NCBI RefSeq assembly: GCF_018977255.1
Contig: NW_024704743.1
Coordinates: 113,896,001 to 113,960,000 of the forward strand
Reading direction: 5' to 3'
DNA: 64,000 nt
Origin: Callorhinchus milii
Taxonomy: Eukaryota
Positions 62,926-64,000 of the stretch are shown piece after piece (within the stretch, counting starts at the first letter, position 1; the number at the start of each line of letters is the position of its first letter). The notes under the pieces are model-generated. The model made no database searches, had not been told where the DNA came from, and saw only the letters and a program-made list of their open reading frames with translations. The position numbers and the translations under genes are program-made.

Positions 62926-63851
62926 TTGTGTGTCAGCCTAAAATTAGGACTCAGAATGCCTATGTGGAGCTTGATCTCACAAACTTCTAAGAGGCAGGCT
63001 GACCACCACCATTAGATAGAACCTGTTTGTTCTCAAGTAAATCAGGATGAGATTGTTGAAGGGTGTCAAGATATAGAAAGAATGTCTTACGAATTTATCA
63101 TATTTGTACAAATTCAGTAACTGGGATTTATTCTCCTAGGTTTACAATTCTGATGATCAAAATGAGAACCTTTAATTATAAGTTAACCTTCTTCAGTGCA
63201 ACATTGTGAACGAAAGGTTCTGCCAATTTGATGCTAACTATAAGGTTTTTGAAGGATTTTGATGAATGTACAATGAGTCAACTGCCAATTCTTTTTCAGC
63301 ACAGTTAAAGAGTATTCTCGGTTAAGATTTCAGTTTCAATTCCATTTTGTATCATTTGAATAAAACTGCTAATCTGACATTTATATTTAAGGTCTTTCAG
63401 TCTAAGAAAGTCTATCTTCAGCTCCATGTTGGGAGGCATAGGACTATCCTGCAAGATGCTTTAATATTTGTTAAAAATTAATACTATTAAATTTGAGCTC
63501 TTTATAAATCGCATGATAGAAATCCTTAGTAGCTACAGTGGCAATAAAAGTTTGTCACCAATTTTTGAGGAATTTGCACTTCCCAACTTGTAATTTCATT
63601 TCCCTACATCACTCATTTCTGCTAGTCAAATCATAATCACTTGCATCTTGCTGTGTATTTTTTGTTTCTCTCGGATCTTTTTCCAATCCCCAATAAAAAA
63701 AAAGGTTAGAAAACAGTGTATTTTAGTTGAGGCAAAGTTTGTGGAACCCAGTGTAAAATGATTGGGGGGACAAGTCCTTCTCTTTCAACATTGGATCTTT
63801 GAAGTGTGCTCGAACAGACAAGCAGACACAACATCTGTTTAACATCTCGCT

Positions 63852-64000
63852 CTACAACAACAACTTGCACTTGTATACCGCCCTCCAGGCAGGGTAACGT
63901 CTCAGAGCACTTAACAGTGACGGAGCCTGACTCTGAGCCAGGGTGGGAGGTGGCCGTAAGCACAGTCAAAGAGGAAGGTTTTCAGTCGGGATTAGAAAAA
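63852..64000 (-). mobile_element. L2 tail (second subfamily), runs off the window
   Basis: caacaacaacttgcacttgtata...cagtgacggagcctgactctgagcc. Confidence 0.8.

Overview
Vertebrate genomic DNA, not prokaryotic. The repeat set (Deu-domain SINEs, an Ala-tRNA-headed SINE, L2/CR1 LINEs, Penelope-like elements) suggests a cartilaginous fish, possibly a chimaera/elephant shark; this is inference. The window is mostly intronic sequence of NCOA2 (SRC-2/TIF2/GRIP1) on the + strand. It holds the start-codon exon (49608-49715), the bHLH exon (54006-54178) and a candidate non-coding 5' exon (19059-19138). Most other listed ORFs are retroelement fragments or noise. Notable structure: a four-level nested insertion at 58.4-62.4 kb, where an L2 sits antisense inside a same-family L2 and forms a ~0.85 kb inverted repeat; a Penelope-like GIY-YIG relic with a decayed hammerhead motif, plus a related palindrome flanked by a 15-bp direct repeat; a Ginger-type transposon relic with TGT..ACA ends and a 4-bp TSD; a ~44-unit C-rich minisatellite just upstream of an L2 tail; a SINE/L2 shared 3' stem-loop with a compensatory change; and a 4-codon uORF whose stop overlaps the NCOA2 ATG. 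I found no convincing wholly new protein-coding system. Family names come from recalled motifs, not searches, and many repeat boundaries are approximate.
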